Source: an uncultured Bacteroidales bacterium (GTDB taxonomy: Bacteria; Bacteroidota; Bacteroidia; Bacteroidales; UBA10428). Taken from it: a DNA stretch of 64,000 nucleotides. Positions 27,043 through 35,821 of this stretch are shown in pieces. Position 1 is the stretch's first letter; every line of letters begins with the position of its first letter. Where the stretch lies: assembly GCA_964646255.1 (NCBI GenBank), contig CAZYDI010000001.1, positions 101,663 to 165,662 of the forward strand, in the 5' to 3' direction. The notes beneath the pieces are model-generated. The model had not been told where the DNA came from. It searched no databases and was given only the letters and a program-made list of their open reading frames with translations. Position numbers and translations under genes: made by a program.

Positions 27043-28882
27043 TATCATTGTTGTAGGAGCAGGGCATGCAGGATGCGAGGCTGCCAGTGCTGCTGCTAAT
27101 TTGGGTTCCAAGGTTTTGCTGATCACCATGGATATGACAAAGATTGCACAAATGTCGTGCAATCCTGCCATGGGTGGTATAGCTAAGGGTCAGATTATTA
27201 AAGAGATAGATGCGCTTGGTGGTTATTCCGGTATTGTTACCGACCGCAGTATGCTGCAGTTCCGGATGCTGAACCGTTCAAAGGGGCCTGCAGTATGGAG
27301 TCCACGGGCGCAATGTGATCGGGTATTGTTCGGGATAGAATGGAGAAGCATTATCGAGTCGAATCCAAATATCGATATATGGCAGGATAGCGTGAATGGC
27401 CTTATTATCCGCAAAGGATGCATTAAGGGCGTTACTACAAAGATGAACGTTTCATTCAATGCCAATGCTGTTATACTCACCATAGGTACTTTCGAGAACG
27501 GGGTTATTTATATTGGCAAGGTTCGACTTGGGGGGGGGCGGATTGCGGAAGTGTCTTCTACCGGTATCACTGCCCAATTAAATGCACAAGGCATAGAATC
27601 CGGCCGGCTTAAGACGGGAACTCCTGCTCGTATTGATGGAAGGAGTATTCATTTCGATAAGATGGACGAGCAAATGGGAGATGATGAAATCCAGCGGTTC
27701 TCCTTTTTGGATACACCACTTCCGTCAAAGCAATTGTCTTGCTACATTACGTATACCAACCCTGAGGTTCATGATTGCCTGCGCGAAGGCTTAAATGATT
27801 CACCCATGTATGATGGTACCATTACTGGCACCGGGCCAAGATATTGTCCTAGTATCGAGTCCAAAATAATTACTTTTAGTGAAAAGACCAGTCATCAGTT
27901 GTTTTTGGAGCCGGAGGGATGGAAGACGAATGAGTATTATTTAAACGGATTTTCCTCTTCGTTGCCACTGGATATTCAATACAAGGCAATAAGAAAGATC
28001 AGGGGATTGGAAGATGCCGTGCTGCATAGGCCCGGTTATGCCATCGAGTATGACTTTTTCCAGCCTACCCAGTTAAACAGTAACCTTGAAACGAAGGCCG
28101 TCGAAAATCTTTTCTTCGCAGGCCAAATAAATGGGACAACTGGTTATGAGGAGGCAGCTGCCCAGGGCATCATTGCCGGTATCAATGCTTCAAGAAAAGT
28201 CAACGGAGAGGATCCGTTTGTTCTTAAACGTAATGAAGCCTATATTGGGGTGCTTATTGACGACTTGATTACAAAGGGTGTGGATGAACCTTATAGAATG
28301 TTTACATCGCGCGCAGAATACCGGATTTTGCTCAGGCAGGACAATGCTGATGAAAGATTAACGCCAATGGCCATTGAGCTGGGTATAGCAGGTAAGGAAC
28401 GCAAGATTCGATTTGAAGAGAAGGAAAGAAAGAAGGAAGAGATAATCCGCTACCTTAAAACAACAAGTATCGAACCTGATTGTATTAATGAATTTCTCGG
28501 CAAGAGGGGAACAAGCCCGATAAAGCAAAAAGTAAAAATGGTTGATATCCTTCTTAGGCCTGAAATAGATATTCAATGTTTTCTGGAACACATTAACCAT
28601 GACATTGGCCAGTCTATGAACACAAATCTTCTGAGTTCAATTGAGATAGAGTTGAAATACCATGGCTATATAGAAAGAGAAAAGCAACTGGCAGAAAAGA
28701 TGACCCGGCTTGATCATATCAAAATCGATAAAGGAATAGACATCGATGCCCTGCTTTCTATTTCCACCGAAGGACGATTTAAACTGAATAAGTATAAACC
28801 GGAAACAATCGGGCAAGCTGCCAGGATATCAGGGGTGTCGCCAAGCGACATTAATGTATTGTTGCTTTATATGGGCCGATAA
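27026..28882 (+). CDS. mnmG: tRNA uridine-5-carboxymethylaminomethyl synthesis enzyme
   Basis: FAD motif DIIVVGAGHAGCEAA, plus GPRYCPSIE and AGQINGTTGYEEAAAQG. GTG start overlapping ybeY by 17 nt. Confidence 0.95.
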   Translation: MKLNYDIIVVGAGHAGCEAASAAANLGSKVLLITMDMTKIAQMSCNPAMGGIAKGQIIKEIDALGGYSGIVTDRSMLQFRMLNRSKGPAVWSPRAQCDRVLFGIEWRSIIESNPNIDIWQDSVNGLIIRKGCIKGVTTKMNVSFNANAVILTIGTFENGVIYIGKVRLGGGRIAEVSSTGITAQLNAQGIESGRLKTGTPARIDGRSIHFDKMDEQMGDDEIQRFSFLDTPLPSKQLSCYITYTNPEVHDCLREGLNDSPMYDGTITGTGPRYCPSIESKIITFSEKTSHQLFLEPEGWKTNEYYLNGFSSSLPLDIQYKAIRKIRGLEDAVLHRPGYAIEYDFFQPTQLNSNLETKAVENLFFAGQINGTTGYEEAAAQGIIAGINASRKVNGEDPFVLKRNEAYIGVLIDDLITKGVDEPYRMFTSRAEYRILLRQDNADERLTPMAIELGIAGKERKIRFEEKERKKEEIIRYLKTTSIEPDCINEFLGKRGTSPIKQKVKMVDILLRPEIDIQCFLEHINHDIGQSMNTNLLSSIEIELKYHGYIEREKQLAEKMTRLDHIKIDKGIDIDALLSISTEGRFKLNKYKPETIGQAARISGVSPSDINVLLLYMGR

Positions 28883-28885
28883 AAT

Positions 28886-28901
28886 TGTTCCACGTGGAAC
28901 A
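28886..28901. promoter_or_regulatory. perfect 16-bp palindrome TGTTCCACGTGGAACA upstream of uvrC
   Basis: Self-complementary over all 16 positions. Lies in the 33-nt mnmG-uvrC gap and ends 14 nt before the uvrC ATG. No T-tract follows, so it is not a typical terminator. Confidence 0.4.
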
Positions 28902-28915
28902 TTACGCTGCTTGCT

Positions 28916-30730
28916 ATGATAAAACCAGAAATCATAGAATTCGTTAAACAACTTCCCAACAAGCCTGGAGTATATCAATTTTATAGTGAATCCTCCGAAA
29001 TTTTGTACGTAGGAAAGGCAAAAAATTTACGCAAACGAGTCCAATCCTATTTTAACCAGACAGAAAATCGCAGCTATAGGCACTCTGCTTTAATCAGTAA
29101 AATTAGTGAAATCAGGTATGTTATTGTTGAGACAGAATCTGATGCACTGCTGCTTGAAAACAATTTCATAAAGGAAAATCAGCCGAGATACAATATTTTA
29201 TTGAAAGATGATAAAACTTTTCCCTGGATTTGCATAAAGAATGAACGATTCCCCAGGGTATTTTTCACGCGCAATTATATAGAAGATGGGTCATCCTATT
29301 TCGGACCGTATACCTCCGTTGTGGCGGTTCGAACGCTGCTGGACTTAATCAAGCAATTGTACAAGGTCAGGACATGTAATTTTTTACTTTCGGAAGAAAA
29401 TATACGTCGAAAGAAGTACTCCAAGTGTCTTGAGTTCCAACTTGGGAACTGTTTGGCTCCTTGTGAGGGTTTACAAGCTGAGGAGGAATACAATCGCTCT
29501 GTCGATCAGATCAGGGAAATATTAAAAGGAAACCTGCACACGGTTATTCGACATTTGAATACATTGATGCATGATTGCGCTGCACGAATGAAATTTGAAG
29601 AAGCGGAGATGGTTAAGAACAAGATAGGTTTACTGGAGCGCTTTAGAAGTAAATCAACCATTGTAAATCCCAAAATCAGCGATGTAGATGTGTATGGTTT
29701 TGTGGAGGACGAAAAACATGATTATGTAAACTATTTGAAAATTGTAAACGGTTCAGTAATTCAAGCCCACAATATTGAAGTTGTTAAGAGAATGGATGAG
29801 GAGAAAGAGGAAATTTTAGGATCTGTGATGTTTAACCTGCGACAGCGTTTCAATAGCACTTCAAGGGAGGCAATAGTTCCGTTTAGACCTTCATGGGAAT
29901 TTGATCAGATGAATTTTTGCATTCCGGTTAAGGGCGACAAGCGAAAATTGCTCGACTTATCGTTGCGTAATGCCCAATCATATAAGAAGGACCAGGAATT
30001 GGCAAGATCAGCCATGAATTCGGGCGGACGCGAAGATGCTCAATTGGCAAAAATGAAGGATGATCTAAGGTTAAGGAAGATCCCTTTTCACATTGAGTGT
30101 TTCGATAATTCAAATATACAGGGAACAAATCCGGTGGCTTCCTGTGTAGTTTTTAAGGGAGGAAAACCTGCGAAATCCATGTACCGGCATTTTAACATCA
30201 AAACGGTACAAGGACCGAATGATTTTGCATCCATGGAAGAGATCGTGTTCAGGCGTTATCGGAGAATTCTTGATGAACAGGGGGAAATACCCGACCTGAT
30301 TATTATTGATGGAGGAAAGGGTCAACTGCATTCTGCCGTTAAAATACTGAAGCAATTGGAGTTGTATGGAGAAGTATCCATACTTGGCATTGCGAAAAAG
30401 CTTGAAGAAATCTATGTACCCGAAGATCCGGTTCCTTTGTACCTGGATAAAAATTCTTCAACCTTGCGCCTGATACAACGAATAAGGGACGAAGCCCACA
30501 GGTTTGGAATCACCTTTCATCGAAGTAAACGAAGCAAAGACCAGATTGATACAATTTTCGCACATATACCAGGGATAGGGGAGAAGACAAGGGAAAAAAT
30601 TCTTAAAATTGAAAGTGACATAACCAGACTGCAAGCGATGTCTTTTGAAGAACTGAAAAGCTTATTTGGAAAAGCTGCAGCGATATCGCTGGAGAAATAT
30701 TTTGATGATCAGAAAAAGTTGAAGACATAA
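28916..30730 (+). CDS. uvrC: excinuclease ABC subunit C
   Basis: GIY-YIG motif GVYQFY..ILYVGKAKNLRKRV, UVR domain FEEAEMVKNKI, C-terminal HhH IPGIGEKTREKIL. Confidence 0.95.
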   Translation: MIKPEIIEFVKQLPNKPGVYQFYSESSEILYVGKAKNLRKRVQSYFNQTENRSYRHSALISKISEIRYVIVETESDALLLENNFIKENQPRYNILLKDDKTFPWICIKNERFPRVFFTRNYIEDGSSYFGPYTSVVAVRTLLDLIKQLYKVRTCNFLLSEENIRRKKYSKCLEFQLGNCLAPCEGLQAEEEYNRSVDQIREILKGNLHTVIRHLNTLMHDCAARMKFEEAEMVKNKIGLLERFRSKSTIVNPKISDVDVYGFVEDEKHDYVNYLKIVNGSVIQAHNIEVVKRMDEEKEEILGSVMFNLRQRFNSTSREAIVPFRPSWEFDQMNFCIPVKGDKRKLLDLSLRNAQSYKKDQELARSAMNSGGREDAQLAKMKDDLRLRKIPFHIECFDNSNIQGTNPVASCVVFKGGKPAKSMYRHFNIKTVQGPNDFASMEEIVFRRYRRILDEQGEIPDLIIIDGGKGQLHSAVKILKQLELYGEVSILGIAKKLEEIYVPEDPVPLYLDKNSSTLRLIQRIRDEAHRFGITFHRSKRSKDQIDTIFAHIPGIGEKTREKILKIESDITRLQAMSFEELKSLFGKAAAISLEKYFDDQKKLKT

Positions 30731-30732
30731 TG

Positions 30733-31707
30733 CTATTTGTTTCGGATTATCGCATAGTCAACAAAGGCATAAAGCGCTAAACGAATATCTTCCCTGCCAA
30801 AATCCAGAAGGGCATTTTTTGCCTTTAAGGCATATTCATTCATCCTTTTTTCAGCATATTCAATTCCACCATGACGATTGATGAAAGCAAGAATATCATT
30901 GAACTTCTTCCTGCTTTTGTCCGCCTTTTTGATCGTGCTGAGAATTTTACGGCGTTCGGTTAGTTCAGCGGTTTCCAGGGCATGGATCAGGGGGAGCGTA
31001 AGCTTTTTTTCCTGGATGTCATTACCTGTAGGCTTGCCCGTGAGGCTATTTATTTGATAATCAAGAAGATCGTCTCTTATTTGAAAGGCAATACCCAGCA
31101 ATTCGCCAAAACTTCGCATAGCGGCTATACTATCGGGATCTGCACCTGCTGACTGTGCGCCACAGGCTGTACAGCTTGCAATAAGCGTAGCCGTTTTCTT
31201 CCTTATGATTTCAAAATATTCCGCTTCCTTTATGTTCAGCTTCCGTGCATTCTTTATTTGCATGAGTTCACCTTCACTCATTTCCCTGACAGCATCTGAA
31301 ACCAGGCTTAAAATATCATATTCTTTTTTTGAAACAGCAAGAAGCAATCCTTTGGCCAGAAGATAATCTCCAAGCAAAACCGCTACTTTTGATTTCCAAA
31401 TGGCGGAGATGGAAAAAAATCCACGACGCTCATTGGACTCATCCACAACATCATCATGAACCAGGGTAGCGGTATGCAGCATCTCAATAAGAGCAGCGGC
31501 TGTATAGGTTGAATCGGTTGTATTGCCAAAAAATTTTGCAGACAGGAATACCAGTACCGGGCGCATTTGCTTGCCTTTTCTGTTAAGCAAATACTTTATG
31601 ATAAACGTAAGCAATGGTATTTCAGACTTCATAACCTCGCTGAAATAGGAGTCGAACTTCGTTAATTCTTCAGATACTGGTTGCCTGATTTTATCTATGG
31701 TTGACAT
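30733..31707 (-). CDS. polyprenyl diphosphate synthase (IspB-like, long chain)
   Basis: First DDxxD in LVHDDVVDES, second in QIRDDLLDY. A CAAATTTA box (TAAATTTG on the minus strand) lies at 31727-31734. Confidence 0.85.
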   Translation of the reverse strand: MSTIDKIRQPVSEELTKFDSYFSEVMKSEIPLLTFIIKYLLNRKGKQMRPVLVFLSAKFFGNTTDSTYTAAALIEMLHTATLVHDDVVDESNERRGFFSISAIWKSKVAVLLGDYLLAKGLLLAVSKKEYDILSLVSDAVREMSEGELMQIKNARKLNIKEAEYFEIIRKKTATLIASCTACGAQSAGADPDSIAAMRSFGELLGIAFQIRDDLLDYQINSLTGKPTGNDIQEKKLTLPLIHALETAELTERRKILSTIKKADKSRKKFNDILAFINRHGGIEYAEKRMNEYALKAKNALLDFGREDIRLALYAFVDYAIIRNK

Positions 31708-31818
31708 ACGTTGGATTTTACACGATCAAATTTAGCAATTTAATTTAATGTCACTTGAAGCGATCAACTATGCGCATATTTGGGTTTTTCCGGTTTCATT
31801 TTCTTTCAATCGGTGCCA

Positions 31819-31836
31819 TATATTTGTATATATTTG
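31819..31836 (+). promoter_or_regulatory. two tandem -7 boxes TATATTTG upstream of the ArsR-family gene
   Basis: TATATTTG at 31819-31826 and again at 31829-31836 (10-bp tandem ATATTTGTAT), 44-54 nt upstream of ATG 31880. Confidence 0.45.
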
Positions 31837-31879
31837 TATGTATATATTTTATCCAACACCTATTATTGTTAGTTGTACC

Positions 31880-32176
31880 ATGAAATTTGAAGGTTTATCT
31901 GTTGAACAGCTTGAAAAGGCTGCCAATTTTTTAAAAGCTATCGCACATCCCATGAGGATTGCCATACTTCAATACCTTGATGGAGGTAAACAGGTTAACG
32001 TTACTGAGATACACGAATACCTGAAAATAGAACAATCTACCACTTCACATCACCTTGGCATACTTAAAGACAAAGGTGTGCTGGGATCAAAGCGCGAGGG
32101 AAAGAATACGTATTACTATATTAAAAACGAAAACTTCAGCAACATTCTTGAGTGTGTTAATAAATGCACCTGCTGA
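31880..32176 (+). CDS. ArsR/SmtB-family transcriptional regulator
   Basis: IAHPMRIAILQYL and HTH NVTEIHEYLKIEQSTTSHHLGILKDKGVL. C-terminal Cys motif CVNKCTC. The ORF opens at 31748, but that extension is hydrophobic AT-rich read-through of the promoter region. Confidence 0.85.
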   Translation: MKFEGLSVEQLEKAANFLKAIAHPMRIAILQYLDGGKQVNVTEIHEYLKIEQSTTSHHLGILKDKGVLGSKREGKNTYYYIKNENFSNILECVNKCTC

Positions 32177-32194
32177 CAGTCAGTATTCAGGTTC

Positions 32195-32225
32195 AGCCGG
32201 TTGATCGTTCAGCCGGTTTTTTTTT
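32195..32225 (+). terminator. probable intrinsic terminator
   Basis: AGCCGGTT-gatcgttc-AGCCGGTT can fold as an 8-bp stem (4 G-C, 2 A-U, 2 G-U pairs) followed by a T9 run. It lies 19 nt after the ArsR stop. Confidence 0.5.
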
Positions 32226-32239
32226 AATTTGGATAAAGC

Positions 32240-35005
32240 ATGGATTCACCAGTGAAAGTTTTGTTGTTTGATGCGTATGCCTTGATTTACCGGGCGTATT
32301 ATGCATTTATCAATCGTCCAATGGTAAACTCAAAGGGGGTGAACACATCCGCCATATATGGATTTACAAGCACCCTTTTTGATTTAATCACCCGCGAAAA
32401 GCCCGATTTTGCTGCGGTTGCCTTCGATCCTCCTTCACCTACTTTTCGGAATGCCTTGTATCCTGAATATAAAGCCAACCGCCTGGCTACGCCGGAGGAG
32501 ATTAAAAAGTCTGTCCCCGTGATAAAATCGATTATCGAGGCATTCAACATTCCTGTGATTGAAGTTGAAGGATATGAAGCCGACGATGTAATTGGAACTC
32601 TGGCCAGGCAAGCCGAAGAAAAGGGCTACATAACCTACATGGTTACTCCGGATAAGGATTATATGCAACTTGTTTCGGATAAAATTTTTATGCTTAAGCC
32701 TGGAAGATCCGGCGGAGAATATGAAAATATCGGAATTCCTGAAGTTAATGCCTTTTTTGGGGTAGACAATCCCCTTAAGGTTATTGATATTCTGGCACTT
32801 TGGGGCGATTCATCCGACAATGTACCGGGAGCTCCGGGCATCGGTGAGAAAACAGCAAGAGAGCTTATTGCCAGGTTTCAATCCGTTGATAATCTGTTAA
32901 ACCAGGCCGATTCGTTGAAGCCAAAGCAGCGCGAAAATATCCTGAATAACAGGGATCAGATTCTCCTGTCGCATAAACTGGTTACCATTCATACCCAGGT
33001 ACCCATAAAAATGCAGGTGGAAGAACTAAAACTTCAGAGCAGGAATGATGGTAAACTCAGGGAAATATTCCTGGAGCTCGAGTTTAAGACATTGACGAGC
33101 AGGATTTTTAAAAGTATAGCCCAGGCACCGGTTCAGGGAAATCTCTTTGGAGATGCACCCCCGATTGCTGATGAAGTGAGCACACCATCCCATTTGCAAT
33201 CGATAGAGCAGGTAACGCACCGTTATAATCTGGTGGAAGATGATCAGGCAATTAACCAACTTGTATTCCAGCTGTCATCACTTGATGCGTTCTGCTTTGA
33301 CACCGAAACAACCGGATTGAATTGCCGGGAGGCTGATCTTGTAGGCATTTCAATATCCTTTAAAGCGCATGAAGCCTATTATATCCCTGTTCCTGCCGAC
33401 TTTTCGCAGGCATATGCACTGGTTCAAAATTTTAAGTCCGTTTTCTCAAATCAGCGGATTAAAAAAATAGGACAAAATTTAAAGTTTGATATTCAGATGC
33501 TTATGAAGTATGGTATTGAGGTGGAAGGGCCATTGTTCGATACAATGATTGCGCATTACCTCATTCAGCCCGATTTAAAGCATAACCTTGATTATCTGGC
33601 AGAGATTTACCTGAAGTACAAAATGGTTGGCATCGTGGAGTTGATTGGGAGTAAAGGCCCGGGCCAAAAGAATATGCGGGACATTGATTTGGACATAATA
33701 AAGGAGTATGCAGGCGAAGATGCCGATATTACATGGCAGCTCTATGAAATTTTAAAAGAGGAGATTAAGCGGCATAACCTGGTTAAGCTGGCAGAGACCG
33801 TTGAAATGCCCCTCATACGGGTACTCGCTGAAATGGAAAATGCGGGGTTCAAGATAAGCGTGGAAAACCTCGGTGCGTATTCAGGTATTCTGAAAAGTGA
33901 ACTGGCTGAACTCGAATCGTCAATTCATCTTTTGGCGGGTGTGCAATTTAACATCAGCTCTCCGCGCCAGCTTGGAGAAATATTGTTTGAGCGGCTACAA
34001 ATAGCGGAAGGCAGTCAGAAGACCAAAACAAAGCAATATTCAACCGGTGAAGAAGTTTTGGTTAAGCTGGCGGATAAGCATCCTATTGTGAATAAAATTC
34101 TGGACTACCGTGCGCTGCTTAAACTGTTGAATACTTATGTTGATGCCCTGCCCAAACTTATTGACAACAAATCACTCAAGGTTCATACTTCCTTCGATCA
34201 GGCCTGGGTTAGCACGGGTAGGTTAAGTTCACGAAATCCGAATTTGCAGAATATTCCCATCAGAGATGACAGGGGAAAGGAAATTAGAAAGGCTTTTGTT
34301 CCCTGCGCCCCCGGTAATGTATTGATTTCAGCCGATTATTCACAGATTGAATTAAGGCTTATGGCCCACATGAGCGAAGATGAGAACATGCTGGAGGCCT
34401 TTGCCAACAATGCAGACATTCATGTTTCCACAGCGGCCAAGGTATTTAAAGTCCCTGCCGAAGAAGTAACCCCGGCAATGCGTAGCAAGGCTAAAACGGC
34501 GAATTTCGGTATTATTTACGGCATTTCTTCCTTTGGATTATCCCAACGCCTGAACATTACACGTTCTGAAGCTTCAACCCTCATCCAGGGTTACTTCAGC
34601 AGTTTTCCGAAAGTCAGGGAATACATGGACAAATCGATACAACGAGCCAGGGAAAAGGGATATGTGGAAACCATTATGGGTCGCAGAAGATTCCTGGCCG
34701 ATATCCATTCAGCCAATGCCATTGTACGTGGTGTTGCGGAAAGAAATGCCATCAATGCCCCCATCCAGGGATCCGCGGCCGATATCATCAAGCTGGCTAT
34801 GGTAAATATTCAAAACAAAATAAGACATGCCTGCCGGTCAACGTTGATCTTGCAGGTTCATGACGAGTTAATCTTTGATGTAGATGTGAATGAATTAGAT
34901 CAATTAAAGCAATTGATTAAATATGAAATGGAGAATGTGATGCCATTGCGTGTACCACTCGTGGTAGATATTGGGGTAGGCAGCAACTGGCTTGAAGCAC
35001 ACTAA
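32240..35005 (+). CDS. polA: DNA polymerase I
   Basis: 5'-nuclease domain (LLFDAYALIYRAYYA, GDSSDNVPGAPGIGEKTA). 3'-5' exonuclease motif FCFDTETTGL. Polymerase motif A LISADYSQIELR, motif B RSKAKTANFGIIYG, motif C LQVHDE. Confidence 0.97.
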   Translation: MDSPVKVLLFDAYALIYRAYYAFINRPMVNSKGVNTSAIYGFTSTLFDLITREKPDFAAVAFDPPSPTFRNALYPEYKANRLATPEEIKKSVPVIKSIIEAFNIPVIEVEGYEADDVIGTLARQAEEKGYITYMVTPDKDYMQLVSDKIFMLKPGRSGGEYENIGIPEVNAFFGVDNPLKVIDILALWGDSSDNVPGAPGIGEKTARELIARFQSVDNLLNQADSLKPKQRENILNNRDQILLSHKLVTIHTQVPIKMQVEELKLQSRNDGKLREIFLELEFKTLTSRIFKSIAQAPVQGNLFGDAPPIADEVSTPSHLQSIEQVTHRYNLVEDDQAINQLVFQLSSLDAFCFDTETTGLNCREADLVGISISFKAHEAYYIPVPADFSQAYALVQNFKSVFSNQRIKKIGQNLKFDIQMLMKYGIEVEGPLFDTMIAHYLIQPDLKHNLDYLAEIYLKYKMVGIVELIGSKGPGQKNMRDIDLDIIKEYAGEDADITWQLYEILKEEIKRHNLVKLAETVEMPLIRVLAEMENAGFKISVENLGAYSGILKSELAELESSIHLLAGVQFNISSPRQLGEILFERLQIAEGSQKTKTKQYSTGEEVLVKLADKHPIVNKILDYRALLKLLNTYVDALPKLIDNKSLKVHTSFDQAWVSTGRLSSRNPNLQNIPIRDDRGKEIRKAFVPCAPGNVLISADYSQIELRLMAHMSEDENMLEAFANNADIHVSTAAKVFKVPAEEVTPAMRSKAKTANFGIIYGISSFGLSQRLNITRSEASTLIQGYFSSFPKVREYMDKSIQRAREKGYVETIMGRRRFLADIHSANAIVRGVAERNAINAPIQGSAADIIKLAMVNIQNKIRHACRSTLILQVHDELIFDVDVNELDQLKQLIKYEMENVMPLRVPLVVDIGVGSNWLEAH

Positions 35006-35707
35006 TCACATTGCATCGTCACGGATCCTGGCTATTTCTTCGAGATACTTTTCCCTGATGGTTTTCAGCTTATCCGGATGTATATGTTGGGCATAGATGC
35101 GCACAAACTCCATCATTTCCTTGAAGTAAACAAATCCAGAAGCACAGTCGAAATTACTGTTATCCATGTTGTTCTTGACATTCCGGGTGGTGGAGCTGAA
35201 TTTTGCCCAGTCAAAATGATAGGGCAGTGCGAGATAATAGGTATTGTCATCAATTACATCCCTGAATATATTATCCTCCAGGTGTGCCAGTGAGAACATC
35301 TTGGTTAACCTGATGAGGGCCTGCGTATCTATACTTTTGAATTTTGCAAAACCAATTCCCCTGTCCATATAACATTGCTGAATCTCCTGTATATGGGTAT
35401 ACTGATGCAAATTCCGGATGCGTATGCCATGGTAGGTGGTGAGGTGAACGCTAATTTCAGCGGGACAGGCATCTGCAGTAAAATTGTGACTGCAGCACAA
35501 ATGTTGTGAGGTGCGAAAAATGGTCTCCTGGGAATACGGCTTGTCGGTTATCAAAAACACGGATTCAGGCCTGATATCGGTCGGCATATTTTCACCGTGA
35601 TAACCCGGAAAGGGTTCCACGCTTTCCAAAACCAGCGTATTCTCAATGATATTATTTTCAACTGTCTGAAGTTGTTCCTCCTTTAATAGCACTCCTAATG
35701 CGTCCAT
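35006..35707 (-). CDS. hypothetical protein, no family recognised
   Basis: 233-aa ORF with an ATG start and no signal peptide or TM helix. Non-repetitive composition with a Cys cluster, CCSHNFTADACP. Same strand as the hybrid kinase and 114 nt downstream of it. Its stop codon abuts the polA stop codon (0-nt gap). Confidence 0.55.
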   Translation of the reverse strand: MDALGVLLKEEQLQTVENNIIENTLVLESVEPFPGYHGENMPTDIRPESVFLITDKPYSQETIFRTSQHLCCSHNFTADACPAEISVHLTTYHGIRIRNLHQYTHIQEIQQCYMDRGIGFAKFKSIDTQALIRLTKMFSLAHLEDNIFRDVIDDNTYYLALPYHFDWAKFSSTTRNVKNNMDNSNFDCASGFVYFKEMMEFVRIYAQHIHPDKLKTIREKYLEEIARIRDDAM

Positions 35708-35821
35708 TGTACCGGATGTTTTGTGTTAAAATGATCAACATTGGCTTGGTAAACAGGTGCAATAGTAACCCCTGTAACAAGCCTATTGTTTAGTTCTGCC
35801 AAAAATTTCCGGTCGGGATTA

